A stretch of DNA of 40,876 nucleotides from a virus (taxonomy: Duplodnaviria; Caudoviricetes): IMG/VR virus record IMGVR_UViG_3300043174_000025, positions 1-40,876 of that record; one strand, given 5' to 3'. Numbering within the stretch: the first letter of the stretch is position 1; the number at the start of each line of letters is the position of its first letter. The notes under the pieces are model-generated. The model was not told the DNA's origin. It saw only the letters and a program-made list of their open reading frames with translations, and did not search any database. This document shows positions 16,134 through 25,671 of this stretch, one piece after another. Position numbers and translations under genes: made by a program.

Positions 16134-16250
16134 GCGAACCGGGGTTGAGCCTCGATCTTCGCCTATGAAATGTGAGCGTCGTGAGACGCACAGGCCCACG
16201 CCATCAACCTCCCTCCGAGGGAGCCACTGTTGGCATAGAAGGAAACTTAC
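16134..16250 (+). promoter_or_regulatory. Structured leader of scaffold gene
   Basis: Hairpins GCGAA..TTCGC, GCGTC-GTGA-GACGC, CTCCCT-CCG-AGGGAG. Confidence 0.5.
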
Positions 16251-17390
16251 ATGGCTGACAAACAGGTTGGCGATCTCCCGCTTGAAAGCGGGCCCGCATC
16301 TGTAAATGCAGAGCCGTTGACCCTCTCTGAGGGCATTGACGCGCTGACTGATCTTCTTGGCGGTGATGACCCGGAAACGGACCTCGGAGCTGCCGGATCG
16401 AAGTCCAACGCGAAGCCTGCCACTCCCACCAAGCAGAAGCCTTCAGAGGAGCTGGTCCAAAAGGCCGACGATCTGGATTTCTGGGGTGAGGAAGAAGAGC
16501 AGGGCGAAGGCGCAGATGAGGCTGAAGCAGGTGAAGGACCGGAAGCTGAAGTTGAGGAAGAGGCGGACGAAGAGGAGGATGAAGCCGAAGGCTTTGTCCT
16601 CTCCGACGACACCGAAATCGACCTCGGCAACGGGCATAAGGCAACCCTCGCCGCACTGAAGGCCGATTACGGTCAGGTTCGCAAGCGCGAGGCTGACATG
16701 CAGCGCCACTTCACGCAGGCGATGCAGAAGGTGAGCGAGGAGAAGCAAGTCGTCTCCCGCGAAGCCGATCGCGTCGTCCAGTATGCACAGGATGTCCGAC
16801 GTCAGCGTGAGCTGATCGAGGCATATGCGCGCAGGTTTATGCCCCAGCCGCCCCAGCGCCCCCAGCACACCCCCCAGCAAGACCCTGTCGGCTGGATGGA
16901 GTACCGGGCGCAGAAGGACGAGTACGACGACTACATGAGCAGCCTCGAAGCCATCCGTCAGGAGGATGAGGTTGCTGCGCGTCGTCAGCAGGAGGCACAG
17001 GCTGCCGATCTGCCGAAGGTTCTGGACAAGCAGCGCGAGTTGCTGCTGACCCGCTACCCTCGGCTCCGCAATCCCGAACTTGCATCGAAGACAATGCAGG
17101 AGATGGTCAAGGTGTTCTCCGAGCACTACGCCTTCTCTCCGCAGGAGATCATGCAGGTCAAGGATGCCCGACTGATCTCGGCGATGCTCGACGCAACCGC
17201 CTTCCACCGCGTCAAGGCCCGCAAGCCTGAAGTGGAGAAGGTGCTGAAGAGCAAGCCGCCGGTCATGAAGAGCGGCAAGCGCATGGATGCAAGCGATCAG
17301 CGCAAATGGGGCGACAAGGCGAAGCTCAAGCGGCTCGCCGAAACCGGCTCGCTCGACGCTGCGGCAGACGTTCTGGCGGATTTGATCTAG
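16251..17390 (+). CDS. Capsid scaffolding protein
   Basis: Acidic N-terminus, coiled coil, DPVGWMEYRA, C-terminal RLAETGSLDAAADVLADLI; precedes MCP. Confidence 0.88.
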   Translation: MADKQVGDLPLESGPASVNAEPLTLSEGIDALTDLLGGDDPETDLGAAGSKSNAKPATPTKQKPSEELVQKADDLDFWGEEEEQGEGADEAEAGEGPEAEVEEEADEEEDEAEGFVLSDDTEIDLGNGHKATLAALKADYGQVRKREADMQRHFTQAMQKVSEEKQVVSREADRVVQYAQDVRRQRELIEAYARRFMPQPPQRPQHTPQQDPVGWMEYRAQKDEYDDYMSSLEAIRQEDEVAARRQQEAQAADLPKVLDKQRELLLTRYPRLRNPELASKTMQEMVKVFSEHYAFSPQEIMQVKDARLISAMLDATAFHRVKARKPEVEKVLKSKPPVMKSGKRMDASDQRKWGDKAKLKRLAETGSLDAAADVLADLI

Positions 17391-17412
17391 CAACCCCAGA
17401 AGGAGCCTCACC

Positions 17413-18426
17413 ATGGCGCAGCTGACCGCTACCTTCGAGACCTACGACATGTCCTCCAACATCAAGGAGGAAGTCGCCTCGAAGATCGAAATGATCACCC
17501 CGGAAGAGACGCCGCTGACGTCTCTCATCGGTCGCAAGAAGGTCGAAACCGTTCACCCCGAATGGCTGATCGACGAGCTTGCGTCTCCGGATACCGACAA
17601 CAACCGGCCGGAAGGCGCGGAATGGACGTTCGATGAAATCGTTGCGCCGTCGCGCGTTGGCACCTACTGCCAGATTTCCGACAAGCGTCTCGTCATCTCG
17701 CGAACCGCAGATGACATCGCCAAGCACGGGCGCAAGAAGGAAGTGGCGCGCATGGTCGCCAAGCGTGGCGTCGAACTGCGCATCGACCGTGAGCTGATCT
17801 GCCTGAGCAATCAGGCGTCCAGCGCCGGCACCGAGGATGGCGGCTCCAACCGCAAGACCGCGGGTCTGCGCGCGTGGATTGCCACCAACGACCAGCTGGG
17901 CGCAACCGGCTCTTCGGGCGGCTTCAACACCTCCACCAAGGTGGTTGACGCAGCCACGAACGGCACCCAGCGCGCCTTCGACAAGGCGGGTCTGGATGCG
18001 GCCATTCTTGCGGCTTACACGGCTGGCGGCAACCCCTCCATCGTGATGGTTTCGCCGTACAACAAGATGGTCTTCTCGACGTGGATGGACGACGCAAACG
18101 TGGCGCAGCCGCGTGTCGAATATTCGCGCTCGAAGAAGAACGCCATCCTTGCGGCGGCCGACGTCTACGTCTCCGACTTCGGCACCTTCGACGTCGTCCC
18201 GAACAGGCAGATGGCCCGCAAGGGCGCTGACTGGGCGCGCAACGTGTTCGTTCTCGATCCGGAAATGGTCTGGCTCGGCATCTTCCACGACATCTCGATC
18301 AACGATGTCGCGAAGACTGGCGATGCCACCAAGAAGGCGCTCGTGACCGAATGGTGCTTGGTCATGCCGAACGAGAAGGCGCACGCAGTCGTCGCCGACA
18401 CCTACGGCATGTCTGCCTCGACCTGA
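17413..18426 (+). CDS. Major capsid protein (DUF5309/SU10-like)
   Basis: ITPEETP...HPEWLIDEL...EGAE...RVGTYCQI; DVYVSDFG; AKTGDATKKALVTEW. Confidence 0.93.
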   Translation: MAQLTATFETYDMSSNIKEEVASKIEMITPEETPLTSLIGRKKVETVHPEWLIDELASPDTDNNRPEGAEWTFDEIVAPSRVGTYCQISDKRLVISRTADDIAKHGRKKEVARMVAKRGVELRIDRELICLSNQASSAGTEDGGSNRKTAGLRAWIATNDQLGATGSSGGFNTSTKVVDAATNGTQRAFDKAGLDAAILAAYTAGGNPSIVMVSPYNKMVFSTWMDDANVAQPRVEYSRSKKNAILAAADVYVSDFGTFDVVPNRQMARKGADWARNVFVLDPEMVWLGIFHDISINDVAKTGDATKKALVTEWCLVMPNEKAHAVVADTYGMSAST

Positions 18427-18438
18427 TGATCCACCGGC

Positions 18439-18465
18439 TGGGGGCTTCGGCCCCCATCCATCTTT
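18439..18465 (+). terminator. Hairpin / weak terminator after MCP
   Basis: TGGGGGC-TTCG-GCCCCCA then TCCATCTTT. Confidence 0.65.
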
Positions 18466-18489
18466 GACGCTCTTTGAAGGAGAAAGACA

Positions 18490-18918
18490 ATGAGCGGAAC
18501 TCCGAAGAAGCCGGTGACGATTACCGCATCGGCGACCCTGAACGACGAGAACCATCAGGGGACCGTCGTAAACCTCAGCGCAGCAACCGGCCTCACGGTC
18601 ACGCTGCCTCCCGCAACTGGTTCCGGCCACAAGTACACGCTGTTCGTGAAGACCACGGTCACCTCGAACAGCTACATCGTGAAGGTCACCGGCAACGACA
18701 TCATTCAGGGTTCTGTTGCCATCTCGACGGACATTGCAGGCGTCACCTGCCCGACCGCTTCGGACAGCGACACCATCACGATGAACGGCAGCACGACCGG
18801 CGGCGTGAAGGGCACGTGCATCGAGCTTCAGGATGTCGATGCCGACCTGTGGTCGATCAGCGGCGTTCTGGTGTCGACGGGCGCCGAGGCGACGCCGTTC
18901 TCGGCGACTGTGACCTAA
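18490..18918 (+). CDS. Putative capsid decoration protein
   Basis: T/V-rich, TVTLPPATGSGHKYT motif, directly after MCP. Confidence 0.7.
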   Translation: MSGTPKKPVTITASATLNDENHQGTVVNLSAATGLTVTLPPATGSGHKYTLFVKTTVTSNSYIVKVTGNDIIQGSVAISTDIAGVTCPTASDSDTITMNGSTTGGVKGTCIELQDVDADLWSISGVLVSTGAEATPFSATVT

Positions 18919-18943
18919 TCCGGCCCAGCCGGGTTTGGCGGGG

Positions 18944-18983
18944 AGAGGGGTCGGCTCGGCTTTTGCCAGCTGGCCCCTCTTTT
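18944..18983 (+). terminator. Rho-independent terminator
   Basis: AGAGGGGTCGGCT..GGC-TTTT-GCC..AGCTGGCCCCTCT-TTT. Confidence 0.7.
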
Positions 18984-19012
18984 GCAACTGAAACCTCAAA
19001 CAGGGAACCACC

Positions 19013-19408
19013 ATGACAAAGGTCATCGTAAAGGAAAAAGCCGTATCGACCGCCCCGGCCGCCGGCGCAGCACTCACCAAGCCAACGCTGAAGGAAGTGG
19101 CCCCGGCAGTCGAAACCCCGGTCATCCCCTCGCTCGAAATCATTCAGGAAGCCCCGGTCGTCACGGCCCCCGCCAAGCGCTTCTTCCCGGTTCGCATCCT
19201 GAAGGGATACCGCCCGGCTGGCGACTTCGTCATGCGCCCGCGCGACGACCCGGAGAACGAGTTCTCGCCGCGCATCGAGCGCGAGCCCACCGCAGACGAG
19301 CGCCTGAAGATCAGGGCCGGTCTGTATGCCGGTCTTGAGCTCGAAGAGGCGAAGAAGATCATCAAGCTTGGCATCGCTGAGCGCGACGACCCGCTGGAGC
19401 TTCACTAA
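19013..19408 (+). CDS. Hypothetical protein (head completion region)
   Basis: 131-aa ORF with low-complexity N-terminus and EAKKIIKLGIAERDDP end. Confidence 0.75.
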   Translation: MTKVIVKEKAVSTAPAAGAALTKPTLKEVAPAVETPVIPSLEIIQEAPVVTAPAKRFFPVRILKGYRPAGDFVMRPRDDPENEFSPRIEREPTADERLKIRAGLYAGLELEEAKKIIKLGIAERDDPLELH

Positions 19409-19409
19409 C

Positions 19410-19796
19410 ATGTCGCAAGCCGTTTTCGATCCGAATGGCAGGCTGAAGAACCTCACTATTCATCCGGAGGACGTACCGGATGAGGCGTGGACGCTGGAGA
19501 GCATTTCGGCGGACGGCTTGCGCAAGACCTACCTCTACTTCGACGAGCCTTCCGGGCTGATGCTCAGGAAGGTCGAGAACCTCGTCGAGGAGAGCCTGCT
19601 GCAGCTCAACCAGCAGCAGTTCAACGACAGCATCGGGCGGCGCTGGGGAGACGGCAAGGTCGCCGCGCGCATCCCGATTAATGTCTACATGCGCGAGTTC
19701 GCCCCGCGTCGTCGGCAGGGCGACAACGACTTCGCCAAGTGGTTCCTCAACCGCGATGAGAATAGGCCCTACCGCACCTTCAAGGGGAGGGTCTGA
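19410..19796 (+). CDS. Conserved podovirus protein upstream of adaptor
   Basis: GDGKVAARIP...KWFLNRDENRPYRTFKGRV motif. Confidence 0.75.
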   Translation: MSQAVFDPNGRLKNLTIHPEDVPDEAWTLESISADGLRKTYLYFDEPSGLMLRKVENLVEESLLQLNQQQFNDSIGRRWGDGKVAARIPINVYMREFAPRRRQGDNDFAKWFLNRDENRPYRTFKGRV

Positions 19797-20425
19797 TGGC
19801 GACACTGAACAATTTCGGTGAGCTGAAGATCGCCATCCAGACGTGGATGATGGAGGCCAGCGAAATCCCGGCGGACGTCGAAACCATCGTCCGTCTCTCG
19901 CAGCCATACATCAGCCTGAAGCTGCGCGCCCGCGAGATGATCGTCGTTGCCGACATCTCCGTCGCCGACGGGGAGATCGTCATCCCGGCCGACTTCGTCG
20001 CCGTTCGCCGCGTCGTCTACAAGGACGGCAGCACCCGCCGGGTGTTGAAGCCGACCACCATGGAGAAGGCGGACGAGTTGTACTCGACCCGTCCGAGCGG
20101 CATCCCGGTCCACTTCGCCGTGGTCGGCAGCAAGATGCGCCTCTACCCGACGCCGGCCGATCTCTCCGAAGTCGAGCTGACCTACTACCAGATGCTCGAA
20201 ACTTTCACGGAAGATGAGGACGCCGACTGGCTGCTGACGAAGTACCCGAACATCTACCTGCACTGCGGCCTGATGTATGCGGCGGAGCTGCTGAAGGAGG
20301 ATGATGAGGCGAAGAAGCAGGCCGGCATTGCCGACACCTTCATCGCCATGGTCAGCGCTCAGGACGAGCAGGCCGACCTCATCCTGAGCGAGTTCATAGC
20401 GGAAACCTCGCCGGAGTGGGACTGA
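19796..20425 (+). CDS. Head-tail adaptor protein
   Basis: LKLRAREM, IPADFV, SGIPVHFAV, LYPTP, WLLTKYPNIYLHCGL. Confidence 0.82.
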   Translation: MATLNNFGELKIAIQTWMMEASEIPADVETIVRLSQPYISLKLRAREMIVVADISVADGEIVIPADFVAVRRVVYKDGSTRRVLKPTTMEKADELYSTRPSGIPVHFAVVGSKMRLYPTPADLSEVELTYYQMLETFTEDEDADWLLTKYPNIYLHCGLMYAAELLKEDDEAKKQAGIADTFIAMVSAQDEQADLILSEFIAETSPEWD

Positions 20426-21888
20426 TGACGCTGCAGCCGGTCCCGGTCAAGTTCGCCCCATATGCCCCGGATGCAAGCGCCTACAATCCGAACGTCTCGG
20501 ACTATGTGAGCAACGTCATCCCGCAGGCGGACGGCTACGGCTCCTTCCCCAGCTGGTCGAGCTTCGGCACCGGCCTCGGCGCGCGCTGCCGTGGAGGCAT
20601 CACGGTGCGCAAAGGGGATGGCTCGACGGCGATCTACGCCGGGACGGCGACCGGCCTCTACCGCTTCTCCTCCGCCACCAACAGCTGGTCGAGCGTCACC
20701 CGCTCCTCCGGCGGCAACTATGCCGTACCTGACACGGTCGACTGGAGCTTCGCACTCTTCGGCAACAAGCTGGTTGCCACCAACGGCTTTGACGACAACC
20801 AGTACATCGACATCGACGCCGGCAGCAACTTCGCCGCCCTCGCCGGCTCGCCGAAGGCCTTCACATGCGCCACTGTCGGAGACTTCCTCGTCCTCGGCAG
20901 GCTGACGGCGTCGCCGAAGTCCTACGCATGGTCGGGCGTCAACGACCTCACCAAGTGGACGCCGGGCTACAACGGCAGCGACCAGCAGGAGGCACCGAGC
21001 GGCGGTCTGGTGCGCAACATCATCCCGCTCAACCGCGACTTCGTCGTCGCCCTCGACGACATCATGCTGCATGCGCAGCGCGTCGGCGGCAACGCAGTGT
21101 TTCGCGTCACCCCGGTGGCCGCCAACATCGGCTGCTATGCGCCCTGCTCCGTCGTCCCGGTGCGCGACACCTTCTTCTGGTTCGGGCCGGGCGGCTTCTA
21201 TGAGGGGCTGGCGGCAAATCCGATCGGCTTCGAGAAGGTCGACCGCACGGTGCGCAAGCTCGCCGACCAAGAGAAGCTGCGCGAGATACGCGGCAGCTAC
21301 GATCCCGACCGCAACATTATCTGGTGGATCATCCCGAAGGTCGGCGGCACCAGCTTCATGCTCGGCTACAACTGGGCCCTGAAGGAGTGGACGAGAGTCG
21401 ACATCGACATCGATCTCGTCTTCCCGGCGATCTCCCCCGGCTACACCATCGGCGATCTGGCGACGCTCGGCTACACGATGGACGGGCTACCCTATCCGTT
21501 CGACAGCTCCTTCTGGACTGGCAACGGCATTCGCCTGCTGGCCGGCTTCGACGTCTCCGGCAACTTCGGCTGGTTTCAGGCGACGCCGCCGGCTGCCCGA
21601 CTGGAGACCACCGACCTCACCTTCAGCGAGGAGGGCGCATCCTTCAGCAACCGCTTCCGCCTGCTCGGCGACGTCTCCGCGGGCGCGCTGACCGCAGCGG
21701 TTGCGGTGCGCCGCCACCTCGGCGCGGAGCAGGTCTGGTCGAGCTCCGTCCTCGCCCTCACCACGACGGGTGTCTTTTGGAAGAAGGCGCGCGGCCACAC
21801 GCATCGCTTCCGCATCGACGTCGCGGCGAGCAACTGGACGAAGATCACCGGCCTGACGGCTTGGATGCGCAAGGCGGGGAAGCTGTAG
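20425..21888 (+). CDS. Tail nozzle / stabilisation protein (beta-propeller-like)
   Basis: Position after adaptor; WSGVND..W, IGCYAP.S, YNWALKEW motifs. Confidence 0.8.
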   Translation: MTLQPVPVKFAPYAPDASAYNPNVSDYVSNVIPQADGYGSFPSWSSFGTGLGARCRGGITVRKGDGSTAIYAGTATGLYRFSSATNSWSSVTRSSGGNYAVPDTVDWSFALFGNKLVATNGFDDNQYIDIDAGSNFAALAGSPKAFTCATVGDFLVLGRLTASPKSYAWSGVNDLTKWTPGYNGSDQQEAPSGGLVRNIIPLNRDFVVALDDIMLHAQRVGGNAVFRVTPVAANIGCYAPCSVVPVRDTFFWFGPGGFYEGLAANPIGFEKVDRTVRKLADQEKLREIRGSYDPDRNIIWWIIPKVGGTSFMLGYNWALKEWTRVDIDIDLVFPAISPGYTIGDLATLGYTMDGLPYPFDSSFWTGNGIRLLAGFDVSGNFGWFQATPPAARLETTDLTFSEEGASFSNRFRLLGDVSAGALTAAVAVRRHLGAEQVWSSSVLALTTTGVFWKKARGHTHRFRIDVAASNWTKITGLTAWMRKAGKL

Positions 21889-21889
21889 C

Positions 21890-22336
21890 ATGTACGAACG
21901 TCTCAAAGAGCTTCTTAATTACGATCCTGACACCGGGGTGTTTACCTATCGCCAGAAGTGCGGCAAGAAGCGCGCTGGTGATGTGGCTGGCACCATCAAT
22001 GACAAGGGCTATACGGTCATCACGATTGACTACAGGATATACCCTGCCCACAGGCTGGCGTGGCTCTACGTTCATGGCGAGTGGCCGAAGCAGCAGGTCG
22101 ACCATATCAACCGCATTCGCAACGACAACCGCATCGCCAGCCTGCGCGATGTCAATCAGTCGGAGAACATCCTCAACGCCTCAATGCTGTCGAACAACAA
22201 GTCAGGCCATAAGGGCGTCTACTTCTGCAACACAAGGAAGAAGTGGGTTGCCCAGTACAAGCGAACATGCATCGGCGCATTCACTGAGATTGATCACGCC
22301 GTGAAGGCGCGTCAGGAATACGAGGGGAGGGCCTAG
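21890..22336 (+). CDS. Free-standing HNH homing endonuclease with AP2-like C-terminus
   Basis: LKELLNYDPDTGVF; AHRLAWLYVHGEWP; VDHINRIRNDNRIASLR; NNKSGHKGV; lower GC than flanks. Confidence 0.92.
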   Translation: MYERLKELLNYDPDTGVFTYRQKCGKKRAGDVAGTINDKGYTVITIDYRIYPAHRLAWLYVHGEWPKQQVDHINRIRNDNRIASLRDVNQSENILNASMLSNNKSGHKGVYFCNTRKKWVAQYKRTCIGAFTEIDHAVKARQEYEGRA

Positions 22337-22338
22337 CC

Positions 22339-23577
22339 ATTTTTGACTGGTATGACGACTATCGCTACAGGCTGCCGGGCTACTCCATGGGGAACCTCGA
22401 CGCTTTCGGCCGCCTGAGGGTTTCCGACCCGCAGACGCTGTTCGACTACCAGTCGCAGTATGATGACGGCTCGCTGCTGTGGGAGAGCGTGCTGACCGGC
22501 TCCGGCACGGCGACGCACTCGGCCAACACCGCCTCCGTCTCCCTCGCCGTCACCGCCGCATCCGGCGACAAGGTGGTGCGGCAGACGCGCGAGTATCATC
22601 GCTACCAACCGGGCAAGAGCCAGCTGGTGCTGGCGACCTTCGTGGCGGCGACGCCGAAGACGAACCTGCGCCAGCGCCTTGGCTACTTCGACGCCAATGA
22701 CGGCATCTTCCTGCAGACCAGCAGCACTACGATCTCGATCGTCCGTCGCACCTCCACCTCCGGCTCTCCGGTCGACACCACCGTCAATCAGGCTGATTGG
22801 AACATTGACAAGTTCGACGGCACCGGGCCGTCGCGCATGACGCTCGACGTCACCAAGGGCAACATTCTCTTCATCGACATGGAATGGCTCGGCGTCGGCC
22901 GGGTGCGTGCCGGCTTCGTCACCCCGGATGGGCGCTTCTGCGTCGCGCATGAGTTCCAGAACGCCAACGCCTTGACTGCCGTCTACATGAAGACGGCGAA
23001 CCTGCCGGTGCGCTACGAGATCGAGAACCTTGGCACGACTTCCGGCTCCTCGACGCTGGAGGCGATCTGCACCTCGGTGATCTCCGAGGGTGGCTTCGAG
23101 GACAATCGAGGCCTGCCGTTCTCGACCAGCTCCGGCACCACGGTGAAGTCCGTCACTACGGAGGTGCCGATCCTCTCTATCCGCCCGAAGGCGACCTTCA
23201 ACTCGATCGTCAATCGCGGCCAGATCATTCCGCAGCAGGTCAGCTCCTACGTCGATACGACCGGCGCTCGCTTCCGCCTGATCTACAATCCGACGCTGAC
23301 CGGCGCAGCATTCGGTTCCGTTGACAACAGCTCCATCGTCGAGGTCGACACCACCGCCTCGGCATTTTCTGCCGGCCTGCCGGTGGCGGCTTGGTACCAG
23401 CCGGCATCCGCCAGCGGAACATATTCGGCGCAGCTCAACGAGGTGCTGTCGCGGCTGCCTCTCAGTCTCAACATCTCCGGCGCGAACCCGATCGTGCTGA
23501 CACTTGCCGCAGCCCGTATCGGCGGCACCGGCACCTGCAACGTGCTGGCGTCGATAAACTGGAAGGAGCTGCGCTGA
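22339..23577 (+). CDS. Virion structural protein (DAFGRLRVS family, lectin-like); start ATT 22339 or ATG 22387
   Basis: DAFGRLRVSDPQTLFD, YQPGKSQ, EWLGVGRVR, TANLPVRYEI motifs. Confidence 0.75.
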   Translation: MFDWYDDYRYRLPGYSMGNLDAFGRLRVSDPQTLFDYQSQYDDGSLLWESVLTGSGTATHSANTASVSLAVTAASGDKVVRQTREYHRYQPGKSQLVLATFVAATPKTNLRQRLGYFDANDGIFLQTSSTTISIVRRTSTSGSPVDTTVNQADWNIDKFDGTGPSRMTLDVTKGNILFIDMEWLGVGRVRAGFVTPDGRFCVAHEFQNANALTAVYMKTANLPVRYEIENLGTTSGSSTLEAICTSVISEGGFEDNRGLPFSTSSGTTVKSVTTEVPILSIRPKATFNSIVNRGQIIPQQVSSYVDTTGARFRLIYNPTLTGAAFGSVDNSSIVEVDTTASAFSAGLPVAAWYQPASASGTYSAQLNEVLSRLPLSLNISGANPIVLTLAAARIGGTGTCNVLASINWKELR

Positions 23578-23930
23578 TGCCTGCGATGTTCAACGCCAGA
23601 GGCAACCGCCAGACCTATCCGAGCAAGCCGTCCGGAACTAGCGCGGTGACAATTTACACCTGCGCCAATGTGCGCAGCTCGACGCTGGAGGCGATCAACA
23701 TCGCCACGAAGCAGGCGGTGATCGTCTCGGTGATCGTGAACGACGGCACTACCGATTACGACCTGTTCCCGGCAGTCTCCCTCCCGGCCAACATCCAGCT
23801 GCTGCACCACTTCGGCAACGTCGTCCTGCTGAAGGGGTGGTCGGTCAAGGTGCAGACCAGCGTCGCCAGTCAGGTCAGCTTCGTGCTGACGGTGGCTGAG
23901 GAGTTCAACAACGACGAGGAAGTCCTGTGA
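23577..23930 (+). CDS. Small tail structural protein
   Basis: TGATG coupling; TIYTC...beta-sandwich pattern. Confidence 0.7.
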   Translation: MPAMFNARGNRQTYPSKPSGTSAVTIYTCANVRSSTLEAINIATKQAVIVSVIVNDGTTDYDLFPAVSLPANIQLLHHFGNVVLLKGWSVKVQTSVASQVSFVLTVAEEFNNDEEVL

Positions 23931-24319
23931 TCAGTCTCATCGCACAGCCCTTCATCGACCTCGTCTTTCCGAAGGTGGCCGGCTGGCTCGACAAGGCGCT
24001 CGGCAAGCACTCCAACATGACGGTGACGCGCCTTTACGAGATGTGCCGCACCGGCGGAGGCCTTCTGTTCGTCGACGTGCCGGAGGAGCCGCAGAACGCC
24101 CTCGTCTGCCAGTTTGACGAGCATCGCGGCAAGCGCGTGCTGGTAGTGCTGGCGATGGGCGGAAAAGGCGGGCAGAATTGGAACAAGCTGTTCGACGAGG
24201 TCTGCAGCTGGGCCAAGGCCTTCGGGGCGAGTGAGGTTATCTTCGAGGGCCGCTTCGGATGGCAGCGCGTGCTGCCGAAGGTGAAGCCGGTCAAGCAGAC
24301 ATACGTGATGGAATTGTGA
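23927..24319 (+). CDS. GNAT-fold virion assembly protein (internal-protein-A-like)
   Basis: WAKAFGASEVIFEGRFGWQRVL motif; precedes ejection genes. Confidence 0.7.
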   Translation: MISLIAQPFIDLVFPKVAGWLDKALGKHSNMTVTRLYEMCRTGGGLLFVDVPEEPQNALVCQFDEHRGKRVLVVLAMGGKGGQNWNKLFDEVCSWAKAFGASEVIFEGRFGWQRVLPKVKPVKQTYVMEL

Positions 24320-24326
24320 GGCGACC

Positions 24327-25106
24327 ATGGGAACGACCACAACGCAAACCTCGACCGGCTCCAGCTCCTCCGAGCCGTGGAAGCCGATGCAGCCCTTCCT
24401 GAAAAACTCGGCGACGGAGGCGGACAGCCTGTTCAACGCCGGGGTCGGCTCGCAGGTCTACACCGGCTCGCTGGCGACGCCGTTCGCTAACCAGACGACG
24501 CAGGGCATGGGTCTGATCGAGGACTTCATCAAGGGTCCGGGCGGCACTTGGATGCAGAAGCCGATACAGGAAAGCGCCGGGATGATGGACATCCTCTCGC
24601 CGATCGCGCGCGGGGACTTCTCCAACGACACCACCTTCAAGAACACCCTCGGCGCGGCGCAGGATGATGCGGCGACGCAGGTCAATCTGGCGATGTCCGA
24701 CATGGGTCGCTACGGCTCCGGCGTCCATCAGGGGACCATGGCGCGCACCATCGGCGACGTGACCAATGATGCGATGCTGAAGCGTCAGGCGTGGGCATCG
24801 GACCAGCTGCGTGGCTACGGCAACGACATGGCCGGAAACTTCGCCAGCGCCATGGCTCCCGGCGGCGCGCTGATGCAGATCGGTGGCAATTACGAGCAGC
24901 TGATGGCGAACCAGATTGCCGACCAGCTGCGCATTTTCAACGAGCAGCAGAACAAGCCGTGGGAGGCTCTGGCGCGCTACAATGCCATTGTCTCCGGAGC
25001 CGGCCAGCTCGGATCGTCCTCGACCAGCAAGGCGACGACACCGAGCTCGCAGCCGAGCATCGGCCAGCAGCTCCTCGGCTTCGGCCTGAGCGCACTTGGA
25101 GGCTAA
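24327..25106 (+). CDS. DNA ejection / pilot protein
   Basis: TTTQTS..EPW, GRYGSG, A/G/Q-rich, hydrophobic Gly-rich C-terminus. Confidence 0.75.
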   Translation: MGTTTTQTSTGSSSSEPWKPMQPFLKNSATEADSLFNAGVGSQVYTGSLATPFANQTTQGMGLIEDFIKGPGGTWMQKPIQESAGMMDILSPIARGDFSNDTTFKNTLGAAQDDAATQVNLAMSDMGRYGSGVHQGTMARTIGDVTNDAMLKRQAWASDQLRGYGNDMAGNFASAMAPGGALMQIGGNYEQLMANQIADQLRIFNEQQNKPWEALARYNAIVSGAGQLGSSSTSKATTPSSQPSIGQQLLGFGLSALGG

Positions 25107-25107
25107 C

Positions 25108-25671
25108 ATGGGTCTGTCAGACATATTCGGCACGCAGCAACCACAGCCGACCAGCACGGACAGCTCGAACACGAAGCTGGCCGAGTTCTTCAAGGCGAAG
25201 ACGAAGTCCTACAATCCGGACGCCCCCGTTTACGGCGCAATGCCGCAGATGGTGGCGATGCCTGCCTTCATGCCCGGCCAGCAGCAGGGCTTGGTGCAGC
25301 AGCTCGCCGCCGGCTATGGCGGTGCTCCGGCCGAATACATGGCGCAGATGAACAGCGTCTACGCGCCGATGATGACGACGCGCCTGCGTGAGCCGATCAC
25401 CGCGACGGCGCGCGCTTGGGGCCTCAAGCCGACCGGCGCAGCTGGCGGCTGGGAGGCTGCCGGCAAGAAGGGCAAGGACTTCAACAAGGCTGGCTACCAG
25501 CAATGGGGTATGGCAACTGGTTCGCCCTTCCTCAACGCCCTCTTCGGCCTGAAGCCGGGCTTCCCCGAAACCACGCCGGAGGAGCCGGTGCAGCCGTCGA
25601 CGAAGACGAGCTCCAGCTCCAGCTCCAGCTCGTCGAGCTATCCCGTCATTCGCTCCGGAGGTATCTGGTGA
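25108..25671 (+). CDS. Putative ejection-region protein with poly-Ser tract
   Basis: SD GGAGG; low complexity; AGCTCC repeats at 25609-25631. Confidence 0.65.
   Translation: MGLSDIFGTQQPQPTSTDSSNTKLAEFFKAKTKSYNPDAPVYGAMPQMVAMPAFMPGQQQGLVQQLAAGYGGAPAEYMAQMNSVYAPMMTTRLREPITATARAWGLKPTGAAGGWEAAGKKGKDFNKAGYQQWGMATGSPFLNALFGLKPGFPETTPEEPVQPSTKTSSSSSSSSSSYPVIRSGGIW

Noticed and set aside
18421-18490. Read-through or frameshift extension of the MCP into the decoration gene
   Set aside because: Tandem TGATGA stops, no slippery sequence, and the next gene has its own strong SD
17326-19143. 605-aa minus-strand ORF over MCP
   Set aside because: Antisense shadow crossing several real genes and terminators
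21880-22390. Group I intron around the HNH
   Set aside because: Flanking genes are complete and there is no room for intron core structure
25609-25631. AGCTCC repeat as a phase-variation switch
   Set aside because: 6-bp unit keeps frame and only lengthens a poly-Ser linker
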